From IMG/VR virus record IMGVR_UViG_3300020172_006270, positions 159,269 to 223,268 of that record: a stretch of 64,000 nt of DNA; one strand, 5' to 3'. The stretch's first letter is position 1; the number at the start of each line of letters is the position of its first letter. Below, in pieces: positions 36,078 to 45,647 of the stretch. The notes beneath the pieces are model-generated. The model searched no databases and was not told the origin of the DNA. It was given only the letters and a program-made list of their open reading frames with translations. The translations under genes were made by a program, and so were the position numbers.

Positions 36078-37044
36078 TTGGCAATACTGGAGCTTCCTTG
36101 ATAAACCACAATACACCAGTCCAAGTTCGAGAGTATTCGCTCACGATTTCCTCTCGTGTAGGGTTTCTTTGGTGTGTTCCAAATTCCATAACAACTGCAA
36201 ATGCACCATTGCGATAATACCAGTCTACTTCGCTGCCATGAATGGGTCGGCCATACATATTGCAGGCACGATCCATTCTGTAGTCACACATCTTTCCCAT
36301 TTGTCCAACGATACGCTGGTAGTCAGCCTCGTTAGGACATTTTTGATTCGTGTCTCCGAACGGAGTTAAAAAGATGCGACCGAAAGTGTGTCCTGAAATG
36401 ACAGCGTTGGGTTTAATCTTTAAGAAGAAATCCTGTAGAGCTTGAATGCTAGGCGTCGATTTGTAAGTGGGACGGGACGGACCAGGGAAGTCACGATTAG
36501 GGTCAACTCCATCAACGTGGCGGCTGTGTGGATAACTGTCAGGAGAAACAACTGGAATGATGTAAATGTCTCTGGACTCAATCAAATCGGTAATTTCTTT
36601 GTTCTTCCCATAGCCAGCCAGGAGATTACCTGCGTAAGCCATGACGCAACCTGTGGACCAAGGTTCATTTCCGTGAATACAACCAGTGATAAGAACTCGT
36701 GGGCGATCTTTTACTTCAATTTTGTTGCATATTCTGATGTAACAAATATCAACGCCTCTTTTTGTTTTGCCATAGAATCCAACATCTGTTAGATCAGGCG
36801 CTTCTTCTTGCCATTTTTGAACTTGGTTTATAACTTCTGAATAGCTTAAATGCGGCGGTACTTGAACAGTAATGTTCGGCAAGCGTGGAGTTTTGGGTGG
36901 CTCAGGAATAACTTCAACAGGCGGTTGAACCTGAGTGATTGGTTGTGTCTGCAATTCACGATTATTGCGTGTTTTGACGTTGAATGCGACAAATAGGGCT
37001 AATGTGAGAACTCCTACGGCCCAACCTAAATTGAATCCTTTCAT
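35977..37044 (-). CDS. Membrane-anchored M14 zinc carboxypeptidase
   Basis: IHGNE, PVVSPD, DPNRDFP, ISGHTF, MEFG; N-terminal TM. Confidence 0.88.
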   Translation of the reverse strand: MKGFNLGWAVGVLTLALFVAFNVKTRNNRELQTQPITQVQPPVEVIPEPPKTPRLPNITVQVPPHLSYSEVINQVQKWQEEAPDLTDVGFYGKTKRGVDICYIRICNKIEVKDRPRVLITGCIHGNEPWSTGCVMAYAGNLLAGYGKNKEITDLIESRDIYIIPVVSPDSYPHSRHVDGVDPNRDFPGPSRPTYKSTPSIQALQDFFLKIKPNAVISGHTFGRIFLTPFGDTNQKCPNEADYQRIVGQMGKMCDYRMDRACNMYGRPIHGSEVDWYYRNGAFAVVMEFGTHQRNPTREEIVSEYSRTWTGVLWFIKEAPVLPIKTNNEDFDFSGNTGIVGRYLPLSSVTASRQDR

Positions 37045-37121
37045 GTGCCTCCCTTGGCTTCAAATACTTCCGTGTACTCTATATATGGCACACGGTATTT
37101 ATTTGCGAAGGGCGTGACTCA

Positions 37122-37358
37122 ATGATTGGATTTACAAACTGGTTGAACAGACGAGACGAGAGTTTTGGTGGATCGGCTGGCGATCCATCAGGGGCCGGTT
37201 TGGATCAACCTGAGAATGGGGAAAGAGAAGTCGCTATTGAACCTAACTCTTCGCTTGATGGAAGTGATCGACCGCCTACTGCTAAAAACCGCAGCAAGAG
37301 AATTGTGGGTCGTGCTGGCGGTGTGATCTTCAGCAAGAAGAAATGTAACTGCAAATGA
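37122..37358 (+). CDS. Small protein with CTS-like N-terminus
   Basis: MIGFTNWLNRRDE; ends at terminator. Confidence 0.6.
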   Translation: MIGFTNWLNRRDESFGGSAGDPSGAGLDQPENGEREVAIEPNSSLDGSDRPPTAKNRSKRIVGRAGGVIFSKKKCNCK

Positions 37359-37387
37359 AAAAAGCCCGGCAAATTGCCGGGCTTTCT
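37358..37387. terminator. Bidirectional intrinsic terminator
   Basis: aaagcccggcaa/ttgccgggcttt. Confidence 0.85.
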
Positions 37388-37389
37388 CG

Positions 37390-38118
37390 TTACTTACTTG
37401 GTTGGAGTATGTAATCTTTTGGATAGACCCCTTGTGGGCCATTTCTATCTACAATTGGAATCTCCGGTACTATTGGTCGGTATTTTTGTGGCACAATGTC
37501 GTTGTCGGCATACACCACACAAATCCACCCATCCCAACGACGGTTAAATTCTTCCATAGTCCAAGTGCGAATCTTGAGCGAACTATCGCTGTTGTTGATG
37601 TACTTGACTATTCCCTTTTGTTCGTCGTAATGCACCAAGGTCATTGCGTGACCTGGGACTGCGAACAAACAACCACGTCTTTCTTGGACAACTGACTTGA
37701 TGATTAAACTACGATCAGACCTACTTGTTGTCTGTTCGTATCTCACCCGTAGTTGTTTTAGTTTAGTGGCGGCACTGCTTGGACTAGCATAGCTTTTGCA
37801 ATCTGCTAAGTCAGTCATGTTGATTAGTTTTGGTTCTTCAGCGTATCGTCCGCAAGTTTCAAGCGAACACCATACACACTGAATTCCCGTCTTGTTGAAG
37901 ACACGATCCTTCATTGGGATCGGCACCATTACATCGGTGAGGTCTTCGTCCGCTTCTCCTTCATACTCAGCTACAGGATTCTGTACTGGAATGCCAGGAT
38001 TTGGATTTGGATATTGATGATTGGTAGTTTGTCCACGCAAAGTGTGTTTTGGAAGCGTGATTGCAACGCTGCTCAAAGCCACAACTGCGCAGGCTAAAAC
38101 CGCAAGCAACTTCTTCAT
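37390..38118 (-). CDS. Secreted papain-fold (C39-like) cysteine peptidase
   Basis: Signal peptide; QCVWCS, GHAMTLV, YINNS; SD AGGAGG. Confidence 0.65.
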   Translation of the reverse strand: MKKLLAVLACAVVALSSVAITLPKHTLRGQTTNHQYPNPNPGIPVQNPVAEYEGEADEDLTDVMVPIPMKDRVFNKTGIQCVWCSLETCGRYAEEPKLINMTDLADCKSYASPSSAATKLKQLRVRYEQTTSRSDRSLIIKSVVQERRGCLFAVPGHAMTLVHYDEQKGIVKYINNSDSSLKIRTWTMEEFNRRWDGWICVVYADNDIVPQKYRPIVPEIPIVDRNGPQGVYPKDYILQPSK

Positions 38119-38136
38119 GAGCCTCCTGCTCGTGCG

Positions 38137-38769
38137 TTAGTTGTTTACGTTCAGATACTCCTTATAAAAGACAAGTTCTCCAGGGGCCAGCAGCAAATAC
38201 TTTCGCCACATTAGCCAGAACTTCCATTGTCTTTTCATATACTTACAAATGAGATCACGTTGCTCATCTGCAAGGCTCGCCTCCGAACGATATACTGAAG
38301 ATATATAGCCCTGGCAGGACGATAAATGCGGGGTATAGATGCGAACGAACTGCTTCCAGAGCCAGTTTATCCGCCTTTTGGTGTGAAGTGTGCTTTCTGT
38401 CGTGTTTTCGTAGTAGTAACCATACAACTCAGGAGACATCGGTTGTCTAAATGAGTTGTGGTGTGAACTGATGGATTCTTGGTGATATGAAAGCAGCGAA
38501 TGGTTTGGCAATATAGTTGCCGGGTGATTGAAGACTCTATTCTTCTCTATTCGACATTCAGTCATGAATGGTAGCGCTTGCTCCTCCGAACACTGACTTA
38601 GATGCCAGTGCTTTATTGAGTAGTGATCGCTTGGCTTAAATTCCTCACAAATGGTGACGACTACCTTTTGGTAGTCGTCACCATTTGTATAGAGGAACAA
38701 AGAAGACGGAACGACTAGCCACTCTTTAATGAGATCGGTGCGGATTAAGTATTCAAGCGCAGGAGTCAT
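38137..38769 (-). CDS. Hypothetical protein
   Basis: 210-aa ORF filling the gap in a co-oriented run. Confidence 0.6.
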   Translation of the reverse strand: MTPALEYLIRTDLIKEWLVVPSSLFLYTNGDDYQKVVVTICEEFKPSDHYSIKHWHLSQCSEEQALPFMTECRIEKNRVFNHPATILPNHSLLSYHQESISSHHNSFRQPMSPELYGYYYENTTESTLHTKRRINWLWKQFVRIYTPHLSSCQGYISSVYRSEASLADEQRDLICKYMKRQWKFWLMWRKYLLLAPGELVFYKEYLNVNN

Positions 38770-38776
38770 TCATTAG

Positions 38777-39136
38777 TTACTCGTCATCGTCGTCATCATC
38801 GTCATCGTCGAAGTCATCATCATCGTCGTCATCGTCGTCGTCCCAATCGTCATCGTCGTAGTCGTCGTCTTCATCATCGTCGTCATCGAGATCATCCTCG
38901 TCGTCGTCATCTTCATCTTCATCCCAATCGTCATCGAGGTCGTCATCGTCCTCGTCGTCATCGAGATCGTCATCGTCTAAATCATCATCGTCGTCGTCCT
39001 CGTCGTCGTCATCGTCGTCTTCGAGGTCGTCATCTTCCCAATCTTCGTCATCATCGAGGTCGTCCTGGGCAAAGACAATACGATCCTCTTCAATATCGAA
39101 ATCGAGTTCACAATCGCTATAGTACAGGCCGCTCAT
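38777..39136 (-). CDS. Poly-aspartate acidic protein (119 aa; start revised to 39136)
   Basis: SD AAGGAG; about 95 C-terminal residues are D/E with sparse L/W/Y/F. Confidence 0.8.
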   Translation of the reverse strand: MSGLYYSDCELDFDIEEDRIVFAQDDLDDDEDWEDDDLEDDDDDDEDDDDDDLDDDDLDDDEDDDDLDDDWDEDEDDDDEDDLDDDDDEDDDYDDDDWDDDDDDDDDDFDDDDDDDDDE

Positions 39137-39188
39137 GGGTATTCTCCTTTTTTGATGGTGACGGCAATACATATCATAGGAGGAGCCT

Positions 39189-39620
39189 ATGAAAAAACTA
39201 CTGCTTTTTGCGTCTTTATGTTTACCAATTTTTGCAGGTTGCACCGCAGCCCCATTGCTTATCAGCCCAATTGTGACGGGTGTAATCATGTGGAAAGACG
39301 GTGAAGCTCACAAATATTATAACGAGGAAGCCCATACTCTGTATCGGGCTACGAAAACATCTTTGAAAGAATTGGATCATCCAATTATCAAAGAGGAACC
39401 CTACAGGGACGGCGGCTACTATATCGTTGCTGGTGAAGGTGATAAATTCAAGATCACCATCCGACAAGTAAAGCCGCACATCACTGAGGTCAAAATTCGC
39501 ATAAACTTCATGGGCGACAAGCCTTATGCGGAGTTGGTGTATCGCCAAATTGACTCAAACACCAACACCATCGACTTTGATGACCAAGGTAAACCAACAA
39601 AACGTAAACAAAGACGGTAA
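39189..39620 (+). CDS. Lipoprotein, DUF3568-like
   Basis: Lipobox FAGC; TEVKIRI..GD; SD AGGAGG. Confidence 0.7.
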   Translation: MKKLLLFASLCLPIFAGCTAAPLLISPIVTGVIMWKDGEAHKYYNEEAHTLYRATKTSLKELDHPIIKEEPYRDGGYYIVAGEGDKFKITIRQVKPHITEVKIRINFMGDKPYAELVYRQIDSNTNTIDFDDQGKPTKRKQRR

Positions 39621-39636
39621 GTCGGTCAATGGGTCT

Positions 39637-41373
39637 TTAGCAGACTTTTCTTGACGCACTGCTGCCATATTTATACGTTGTTCTTCCTCCGGCCCTGACA
39701 GTGGTATAACAGCCAACTTTCGGGGCCGGAGTCGTTGGTACAGGGTCACAATCGCATGATCTAGGCTTGCAATTGGCATTGTGGCAGGCAACACAGCCGG
39801 AATTATTGGCTGGCTTCCACGGTTTGCCATATTCTGGGGCATTCGGATCACAATAGTTGGGCTTACCACAGGTGCAAACAATTTGCTTACGCATGAGCTT
39901 GCCATGACGGTTCTCGAACAGAGCGGAATCATGTTCGCCGACCAAGCCGCCATCATTCAATATACGCAGGCAGTTATATGCTGCGTCCAGAATTTCTCCC
40001 TCATGGGATTCCGATACGCCCACCAATTTATCATTGTCGAAATAATATGCCGTTTGATCTGGCACGGTAATTTCCAAGTCGAACAATGGATTCGCATCCA
40101 AAGCCGTCACTGGTCCGAGTTTATCTGACAACTTCATTGTCTTGGTCGTAAGCGTGCGGACAATTTTCATGTCGCCATACGTTTGAACTTCGTGCGGCTT
40201 TTTGATGTCTTTCAAAACGGACTCGACATCGGCATCTTCCAGCATCATTACACGTTGACGTAATATTCCTCTCTGAGAAAATACCTCACGCATAATAGTT
40301 TGATATTTCCCGCCCTCGGCGTGGTCAATTGCCAACATCTGTTGTGCAATGGCGTCGAACAAGCGAACCGTAGTCGGTGCCTGCACAACAGCCTTCAGCA
40401 AATAATTTGCAACAATGTCTCTGGACAATTTCATTCCATCACGAAGAACGTGGCCCTGGTTAATGTGAGCTACGCCAATTCGCACAACGATTTCCCAGAA
40501 GGCTCCAGTGAACACACGGCTAAAGCTGTGCGATTCGCCTAACAGTTGATCGTCTCGACCTTCGCTTGGCAATTTTTCTGGTTCTGTGTAGTTGAATACC
40601 TGGGTCATATCTCGCAAGCAATTTGGCAACTCGCCATTTTTGCCTTCTGTCAGGTGGTGCAATCCCGTTCCCATCTCTGCCGCAAGACGAGTTATGATAT
40701 TTGACTTCATTAAGTCGCCATTGGTTTCAATGATGGCGTGGTCAATTAACTGATCGTACTGTAAAGAAATCAACGCAGCCGTCATGTCGCCGAAGGCTTC
40801 ATGGAAAGCCCAAACCTCGGCAGCTTGAGTGTCCCACCAATCTGGTCGCAGGATGTCTAGGAACGCATGACCGAACTCATGAACAACGACCGGGCGTGCG
40901 TCACAAGCAAAGATGTTTTTGTTTATCTTTGGATCGCCAAAAAAGAAGAATCGTAGTGATCCACGATCATAATAAGCGTTAAGGTCTTTTCCAGCACGAG
41001 GCATCAGGATCAACGATTGTACCGCTGCCCAATTTCTGATTTGCTTTGGAGATTTGCTTGCCATATACACGAGAGCATCGTGTACCATAATCTTTAACGC
41101 CAGAGCTTGCTGCTGAAGACTTCCCAACGGATAGCCGCCACCCATTTCACCAATGGATCGCATGGCCAACATTGTGTCTGCTGGCTCCAGCACATTGACG
41201 ATCATGTTTGGGTAGGTTGGATCACTCAGGTAAACTTTAGTATTCGGGTCTGTTGGACGAGCCACTGGCACAGGACGTGGTTTTCTGTTGACAATAATTG
41301 CCTGAGCCGTCACTTCGTCTGATGTTTTTCCTAGACTTTTGATCCAGTTGATTATTCCTTTAAGCATCTTCAT
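39637..41373 (-). CDS. Gluzincin metalloprotease (M4/M36-like) with Cys-rich tail
   Basis: NAYY, VVHEFGH, AFHEAFGD, ESHSFS. Confidence 0.82.
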   Translation of the reverse strand: MKMLKGIINWIKSLGKTSDEVTAQAIIVNRKPRPVPVARPTDPNTKVYLSDPTYPNMIVNVLEPADTMLAMRSIGEMGGGYPLGSLQQQALALKIMVHDALVYMASKSPKQIRNWAAVQSLILMPRAGKDLNAYYDRGSLRFFFFGDPKINKNIFACDARPVVVHEFGHAFLDILRPDWWDTQAAEVWAFHEAFGDMTAALISLQYDQLIDHAIIETNGDLMKSNIITRLAAEMGTGLHHLTEGKNGELPNCLRDMTQVFNYTEPEKLPSEGRDDQLLGESHSFSRVFTGAFWEIVVRIGVAHINQGHVLRDGMKLSRDIVANYLLKAVVQAPTTVRLFDAIAQQMLAIDHAEGGKYQTIMREVFSQRGILRQRVMMLEDADVESVLKDIKKPHEVQTYGDMKIVRTLTTKTMKLSDKLGPVTALDANPLFDLEITVPDQTAYYFDNDKLVGVSESHEGEILDAAYNCLRILNDGGLVGEHDSALFENRHGKLMRKQIVCTCGKPNYCDPNAPEYGKPWKPANNSGCVACHNANCKPRSCDCDPVPTTPAPKVGCYTTVRAGGRTTYKYGSSASRKVC

Positions 41374-41421
41374 CTCCTTTTGTGTCAAAGACACTGGTAT
41401 ATATTCAGCGGAGGATGAATC

Positions 41422-41940
41422 ATGAGCAGAGAACAACAGATAAAAGAAGCCCGAACCATAGAAGCCATGAAAAAAGGTTACATGGGGTTAGAAGGCAAAT
41501 TTTGCAGCATTACCAAGTACATCGGCCAGCCGATATTCCATCAAGGAAGTCGTGTGTTTGAGCAGACATTTCTTGATGATCCTTATGAAATTCCTGAAGC
41601 TGACGATATTCCCATGATGGAAGAAGACCAAAATTCCTACGAAGTTGGTCAACAGTTTGATGGGTTGACTCGTGGAATGAATCTGACCATTTCAGTCGCT
41701 TATCATTTGCGTGAGATCACTTGCCGGTATGAAGGAAGAATTGTTTATAAGGAAATTGCTGGAGAACTCGAAGGGTATGCGCCTGAACCCGCCTGGGAAG
41801 ATAAAATAGAGATATTGGCTGCACTCGCCAGGAAGCTCGAACGGCAGGATCGACCAATTGAACGTCGTAAGCTAATCGAGTCAAATCAAAAGAAAAGAAC
41901 CGAAATACTTGAATACTTGAAGTTAAAATGGGGACTCTGA
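41422..41940 (+). CDS. Hypothetical protein
   Basis: TATATA box and SD GGAGG. Confidence 0.75.
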   Translation: MSREQQIKEARTIEAMKKGYMGLEGKFCSITKYIGQPIFHQGSRVFEQTFLDDPYEIPEADDIPMMEEDQNSYEVGQQFDGLTRGMNLTISVAYHLREITCRYEGRIVYKEIAGELEGYAPEPAWEDKIEILAALARKLERQDRPIERRKLIESNQKKRTEILEYLKLKWGL

Positions 41941-41986
41941 TGAAAGAGAAATTTGAAATGAGTATATATCGAAAAGGAGTGATCCT

Positions 41987-42346
41987 ATGAACGACATCCT
42001 GCGTGATCTATTGTTGAACGGGTTCATGATTTACCCGAACAATGGCAAATTTATCGTCAAAAAAGAAGCCGTCCCGTCAAACCTAATTGTCCTCAAAGAA
42101 ACTGAGTACGACAGTTACGAGCTTGCCGTTGAAGCTGCTGGAGCCATGCTTAATGCCCCTCAAATGGTGGATTGGGTAGTTATTGCCCGATACAACCGTG
42201 GGTTAGGGATTGAGTATAAAAACCTCCCGGATGTTCGGGCTGCAAACAAAGAACAGGCAAAAGCTCTTGCTGAGTGTATGGCAGGAGAACTATTAGGCGG
42301 TTCTACCGTGGTAATATCCGAAGTTAAAGTGCGTCTAAAAATTTGA
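41987..42346 (+). CDS. Hypothetical protein
   Basis: TATATA box and SD AAGGAG. Confidence 0.75.
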   Translation: MNDILRDLLLNGFMIYPNNGKFIVKKEAVPSNLIVLKETEYDSYELAVEAAGAMLNAPQMVDWVVIARYNRGLGIEYKNLPDVRAANKEQAKALAECMAGELLGGSTVVISEVKVRLKI

Positions 42347-42402
42347 CCTGACGAGGATACATAACTGAAGACCGTCTCTTCATTAAAAGAGGGAGAAAAA
42401 TT

Positions 42403-43020
42403 ATGGATGACTTCAAAACTGAGAAATGGACGCTGGATGATGGCCGTCGAGCCGAGCGTCGGGTCACGGAAAATACATCTGAAAATGGGCAGTCCGAACG
42501 AGTAGTCGAATTGCACGTCGAAGACGAGCGACCCCTAAGACTCCAGCAGCGTGTAGTGGAAAAGAGCAAGCCTATCGTTTATGAGCGTAAGGTTGAAACT
42601 CTTGACCCAAAGACAGGTAGTGTTGTAGAGCAGCGGGTTGAATCTATTGAACCCAAAGTGCAAATGCAGTTGGTGGAACATATCGCTTCTGCAAGCACCG
42701 TCGCCGCACAATCTATCCAAGATGACTGTGATTGCCACGTCACCAAAGATGAAATGATTGAAACCATTGTTGCCGCTATTAAGGCAACTCGTGAAACAGC
42801 CCCGGTTCGAGAAGTGGTCCGTGAGGCACCAGTTCAAACGGTTCGTGCGCAGTCTGCACCAAGTTCAGGCAGCTTTACAAGTGGCTTGAATAGTCTTGGT
42901 TTGGCTGATGAGATCGCAGGACGTGTCGATCCAAATGGGATGTCGATGATGGATAAAGTATTGCTAGGAGTCATTGCGGCTCAGATTGTGGGTCTTGGAT
43001 ACATAATTTTCTTTATGTAA
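42403..43020 (+). CDS. Tail-anchored membrane protein
   Basis: C-terminal hydrophobic helix; TACATA box, SD GGGAG. Confidence 0.75.
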   Translation: MDDFKTEKWTLDDGRRAERRVTENTSENGQSERVVELHVEDERPLRLQQRVVEKSKPIVYERKVETLDPKTGSVVEQRVESIEPKVQMQLVEHIASASTVAAQSIQDDCDCHVTKDEMIETIVAAIKATRETAPVREVVREAPVQTVRAQSAPSSGSFTSGLNSLGLADEIAGRVDPNGMSMMDKVLLGVIAAQIVGLGYIIFFM

Positions 43021-43233
43021 GCTAGGATATAACCATGCCGAATGAAGGCTGGCGGTCATTACTAGAGTCAACAACATGGGGAGGTTGTGCTATTACTTTG
43101 CATAACCTCCCCTTTGGGTATACTGAGATTGTTGTTGCATTGGCCAAGCCAGCATCTACTGTAATCGTTTCTCATTCTCGCTCATCGCTATATGAGCTTC
43201 AGAAATCTGCTGCCTCCTGGGACTTCCCAGATT

Positions 43234-44265
43234 TTAAGGCGTCACCAAGTCACTAGCCGTTAAAACATACGGCAATTCAATTGCAGTGCTGGGCGTTGTG
43301 TTGGCACCAGAATAAGTGTTGACGATCTTCTTTGCCAATTGTCCAGCCTTTGCTCCAGCTTGCCAAACAATCTGAGTCGTAATGCGACCCGATCCGTCGA
43401 GCGTGTTCTTTGTGAACATATAACTGCTGGTGCGGCCTCGCAGATGCGCCCAATCTCCCAACATGGTGCTGTAATCCAGACCATAATCTGTAACCATCTC
43501 ATACTCAGCAGCACTCAACCATTCGCCTGTTGTTCCAGCCGTTGTGACGTTGACTGGTACTGTGAAGGTGTTTGGTCCAGTCACAGTCACTACTCTGGAG
43601 CCATTCAGAGTGGGTGTGCTATTGGAGTCCACAAAGTAAACCACATCATTGTTGGAGAGTCCGTGAGCGACAGACGTGACGACTGATGGGTTGGCAGCAG
43701 TATTGCCCGTAATTGCGTGACTCAAACGAACAAGTCGCCCATTTGACTCTGGCGTAGCAAAACGATTTGCAATGGTGTCCTTCTCAAAATAAGAAGGAAT
43801 GTCAGCGACACCAGCAAACTTATTGAACTTGAGCTTTAGTTCTGCGCCCGTATTGGAAACATATGTGCGGAAAGCTGTATTTGATTTCTTTTGACGGATG
43901 AATAAACGGAATGGACCTCCTGCACCGCCCCGTGTTCCGTTGTCAATTCCTGCCGTGAACCAGTCAGAGAACCCAGCAGTAGAATTCAGGATGTCTCTGA
44001 TTTCAGATGCCAGTGTTGCCCCAGGTGTTGCCCCGGCCACATTTACAGTCAATGAAGCGAAGTTCTTGAATTCTGGATCGTAGGCGAAATTGATCGTAAG
44101 GTTCCCACTGGCCGAAAGGTCATAGGGTTCCATGTTCCAGGCGATAAATGCTTCGCCTTTGTTTTTGTTTGCTGGCACTTTGAAGGTAAGTGAATACCCT
44201 TTGTAATCGCCTAGCGTCCAGTAGCCTTCGTATTCGGCATCAAATAGATTTTGGAAGAATGACAT
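43234..44265 (-). CDS. Putative virion structural protein
   Basis: T/G/S-rich; ANPSVVTSVAHGLSNNDVV...LNG...VTGPNTFTV module typical of phage tail proteins. Confidence 0.65.
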   Translation of the reverse strand: MSFFQNLFDAEYEGYWTLGDYKGYSLTFKVPANKNKGEAFIAWNMEPYDLSASGNLTINFAYDPEFKNFASLTVNVAGATPGATLASEIRDILNSTAGFSDWFTAGIDNGTRGGAGGPFRLFIRQKKSNTAFRTYVSNTGAELKLKFNKFAGVADIPSYFEKDTIANRFATPESNGRLVRLSHAITGNTAANPSVVTSVAHGLSNNDVVYFVDSNSTPTLNGSRVVTVTGPNTFTVPVNVTTAGTTGEWLSAAEYEMVTDYGLDYSTMLGDWAHLRGRTSSYMFTKNTLDGSGRITTQIVWQAGAKAGQLAKKIVNTYSGANTTPSTAIELPYVLTASDLVTP

Positions 44266-44286
44266 TGTTACCTTTCAGTTCAAAAG

Positions 44287-44335
44287 AAAATACCCGTCTA
44301 GCTCGATGTATTTAGAGCGTGACGGGTATTTTTTT
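44287..44335. terminator. Long hairpin with TAAATA box in its loop
   Basis: aaaatacccgtc/gacgggtatttt stem. Confidence 0.65.
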
Positions 44336-44356
44336 GAGAAACTTACTGAGTAAGGT

Positions 44357-44659
44357 TTAAGCTCCTGATTCGATAATATCGAGAAGGGGCTTCCTGACCA
44401 GTGTGCTTTTGTTGGGGTTTAGCTTCCGAATGGGACTATCTGTTCGGAGCGAAACGCCCTTGGCAATACGATCACGCCTGTAGGTCTTCACTGGAGCTTT
44501 TCCAGCAGTTCTGATGGTTCTTCCTTCTCGCAGTTCATAACCACGGATAAATTCCTTGGTTTGTTCCACGACAAGCACTGTTCGACGCACTGGATGGGTA
44601 TGTGTACCCTTGTACCAGAAACGGGCAACCGGCATATTTTTGACTATTTCGTACTTCAT
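44357..44659 (-). CDS. Basic WYL-like protein (start revised to 44659)
   Basis: FWY...RTV...IRGYEL...KTYRRDRI. Confidence 0.5.
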   Translation of the reverse strand: MKYEIVKNMPVARFWYKGTHTHPVRRTVLVVEQTKEFIRGYELREGRTIRTAGKAPVKTYRRDRIAKGVSLRTDSPIRKLNPNKSTLVRKPLLDIIESGA

Positions 44660-44669
44660 CGTCGTTTCC

Positions 44670-45203
44670 TCACTTCCTGAGAATCTCATTGAGCAATTCT
44701 GCCGCATATTTGGCATTGCTCAATAGTTTATTTGAAAAGCGATTGTCGGTCAACGGAACCTTGAACAACATATTTCTTTTCACAATATCCGGGATAGTAT
44801 CCGGTTCCATCTGATCTTCAGGCAGTTCCACTTCGGCGACCGCCATATACGTTTGATTTTTGTAGTCTTTGAAAAAGTCCAGTTCCCAGGTATTTTTCCC
44901 GTGCTTGACAATATACCGAACCTTTTCCAACTGGTTCAAGGCCAACAACCAAAGATCATTGAAGTCTCTTTGATCGAGTTTGGTTTCCACTTCAACGCAC
45001 CGCCCAGCGGTATTGACCTTGAGCGTGAAGTAGTAGGATTCTGAACCATTGGATTTTTTAACTGACTTTCGGATGCGTGTGGTGATTCCTCGTGTGGCAA
45101 TGAGGTATCCCTGAGAGATCGAATACTGCTCAGAAGAAAGCTCATTGACGGCCATCTCGCACTCGGTCTTCAACACATACTTCCGCTCGTTTTCGGTCGG
45201 CAT
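44670..45203 (-). CDS. CYTH-domain (triphosphate tunnel) protein
   Basis: ENERKY, ISQGYL, RIR, TLK, EVE, KVRY, WELDFF, AEVEL. Confidence 0.9.
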   Translation of the reverse strand: MPTENERKYVLKTECEMAVNELSSEQYSISQGYLIATRGITTRIRKSVKKSNGSESYYFTLKVNTAGRCVEVETKLDQRDFNDLWLLALNQLEKVRYIVKHGKNTWELDFFKDYKNQTYMAVAEVELPEDQMEPDTIPDIVKRNMLFKVPLTDNRFSNKLLSNAKYAAELLNEILRK

Positions 45204-45215
45204 TATTTTCCCTTT

Positions 45216-45647
45216 TTAGAGTCCACGCACGATTTGTTTGAAATGATCCAAGTCTTCACGGCTGGCTTGCACCTGTCCTTCGAGGAAGATTTCAAGCCAT
45301 GTTCCATCAACGCCGCCCAAGTCGTCGGCGTCTTTCATCCGTTGCACATAGTTATTGACGACTTCTTCTTCCATTGCAACAGCATATTCCATGATGTCTT
45401 TAGGGTCGGTGTATTTTCCGAAATCATTTGACTCAAAAGTGGCAACGCCACCCAAACCAATGATAACGTCTGAAAACTGCGACACATGCAGCATTTCTGA
45501 AGCTGCCTCTTTGAGAAACAACTCCTTGTATTCAGCACAATGCAGGCCAGTCACAGCGCTCGCATGATACAAGTAAAAACGTAAATGCTTCCATTCATTT
45601 TTGAGGTCGTCATTCAACATCTGAATCATCTTGTCTTTGTTCATCAT
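45216..45647 (-). CDS. Ferritin-like / bacterioferritin-family protein
   Basis: LNDDLKNE...Y, EMLH, LGG, EEEVVNNY, EDLDH. Confidence 0.85.
   Translation of the reverse strand: MMNKDKMIQMLNDDLKNEWKHLRFYLYHASAVTGLHCAEYKELFLKEAASEMLHVSQFSDVIIGLGGVATFESNDFGKYTDPKDIMEYAVAMEEEVVNNYVQRMKDADDLGGVDGTWLEIFLEGQVQASREDLDHFKQIVRGL

Noticed and set aside
38773-38973. Thr/Met-rich 66-aa ORF
   Set aside because: Alternate-frame shadow of the GAT/GAC poly-Asp gene.
43035-43256. 73-aa + strand ORF in the structured gap
   Set aside because: Weak start context, runs through hairpins, no recognisable features.
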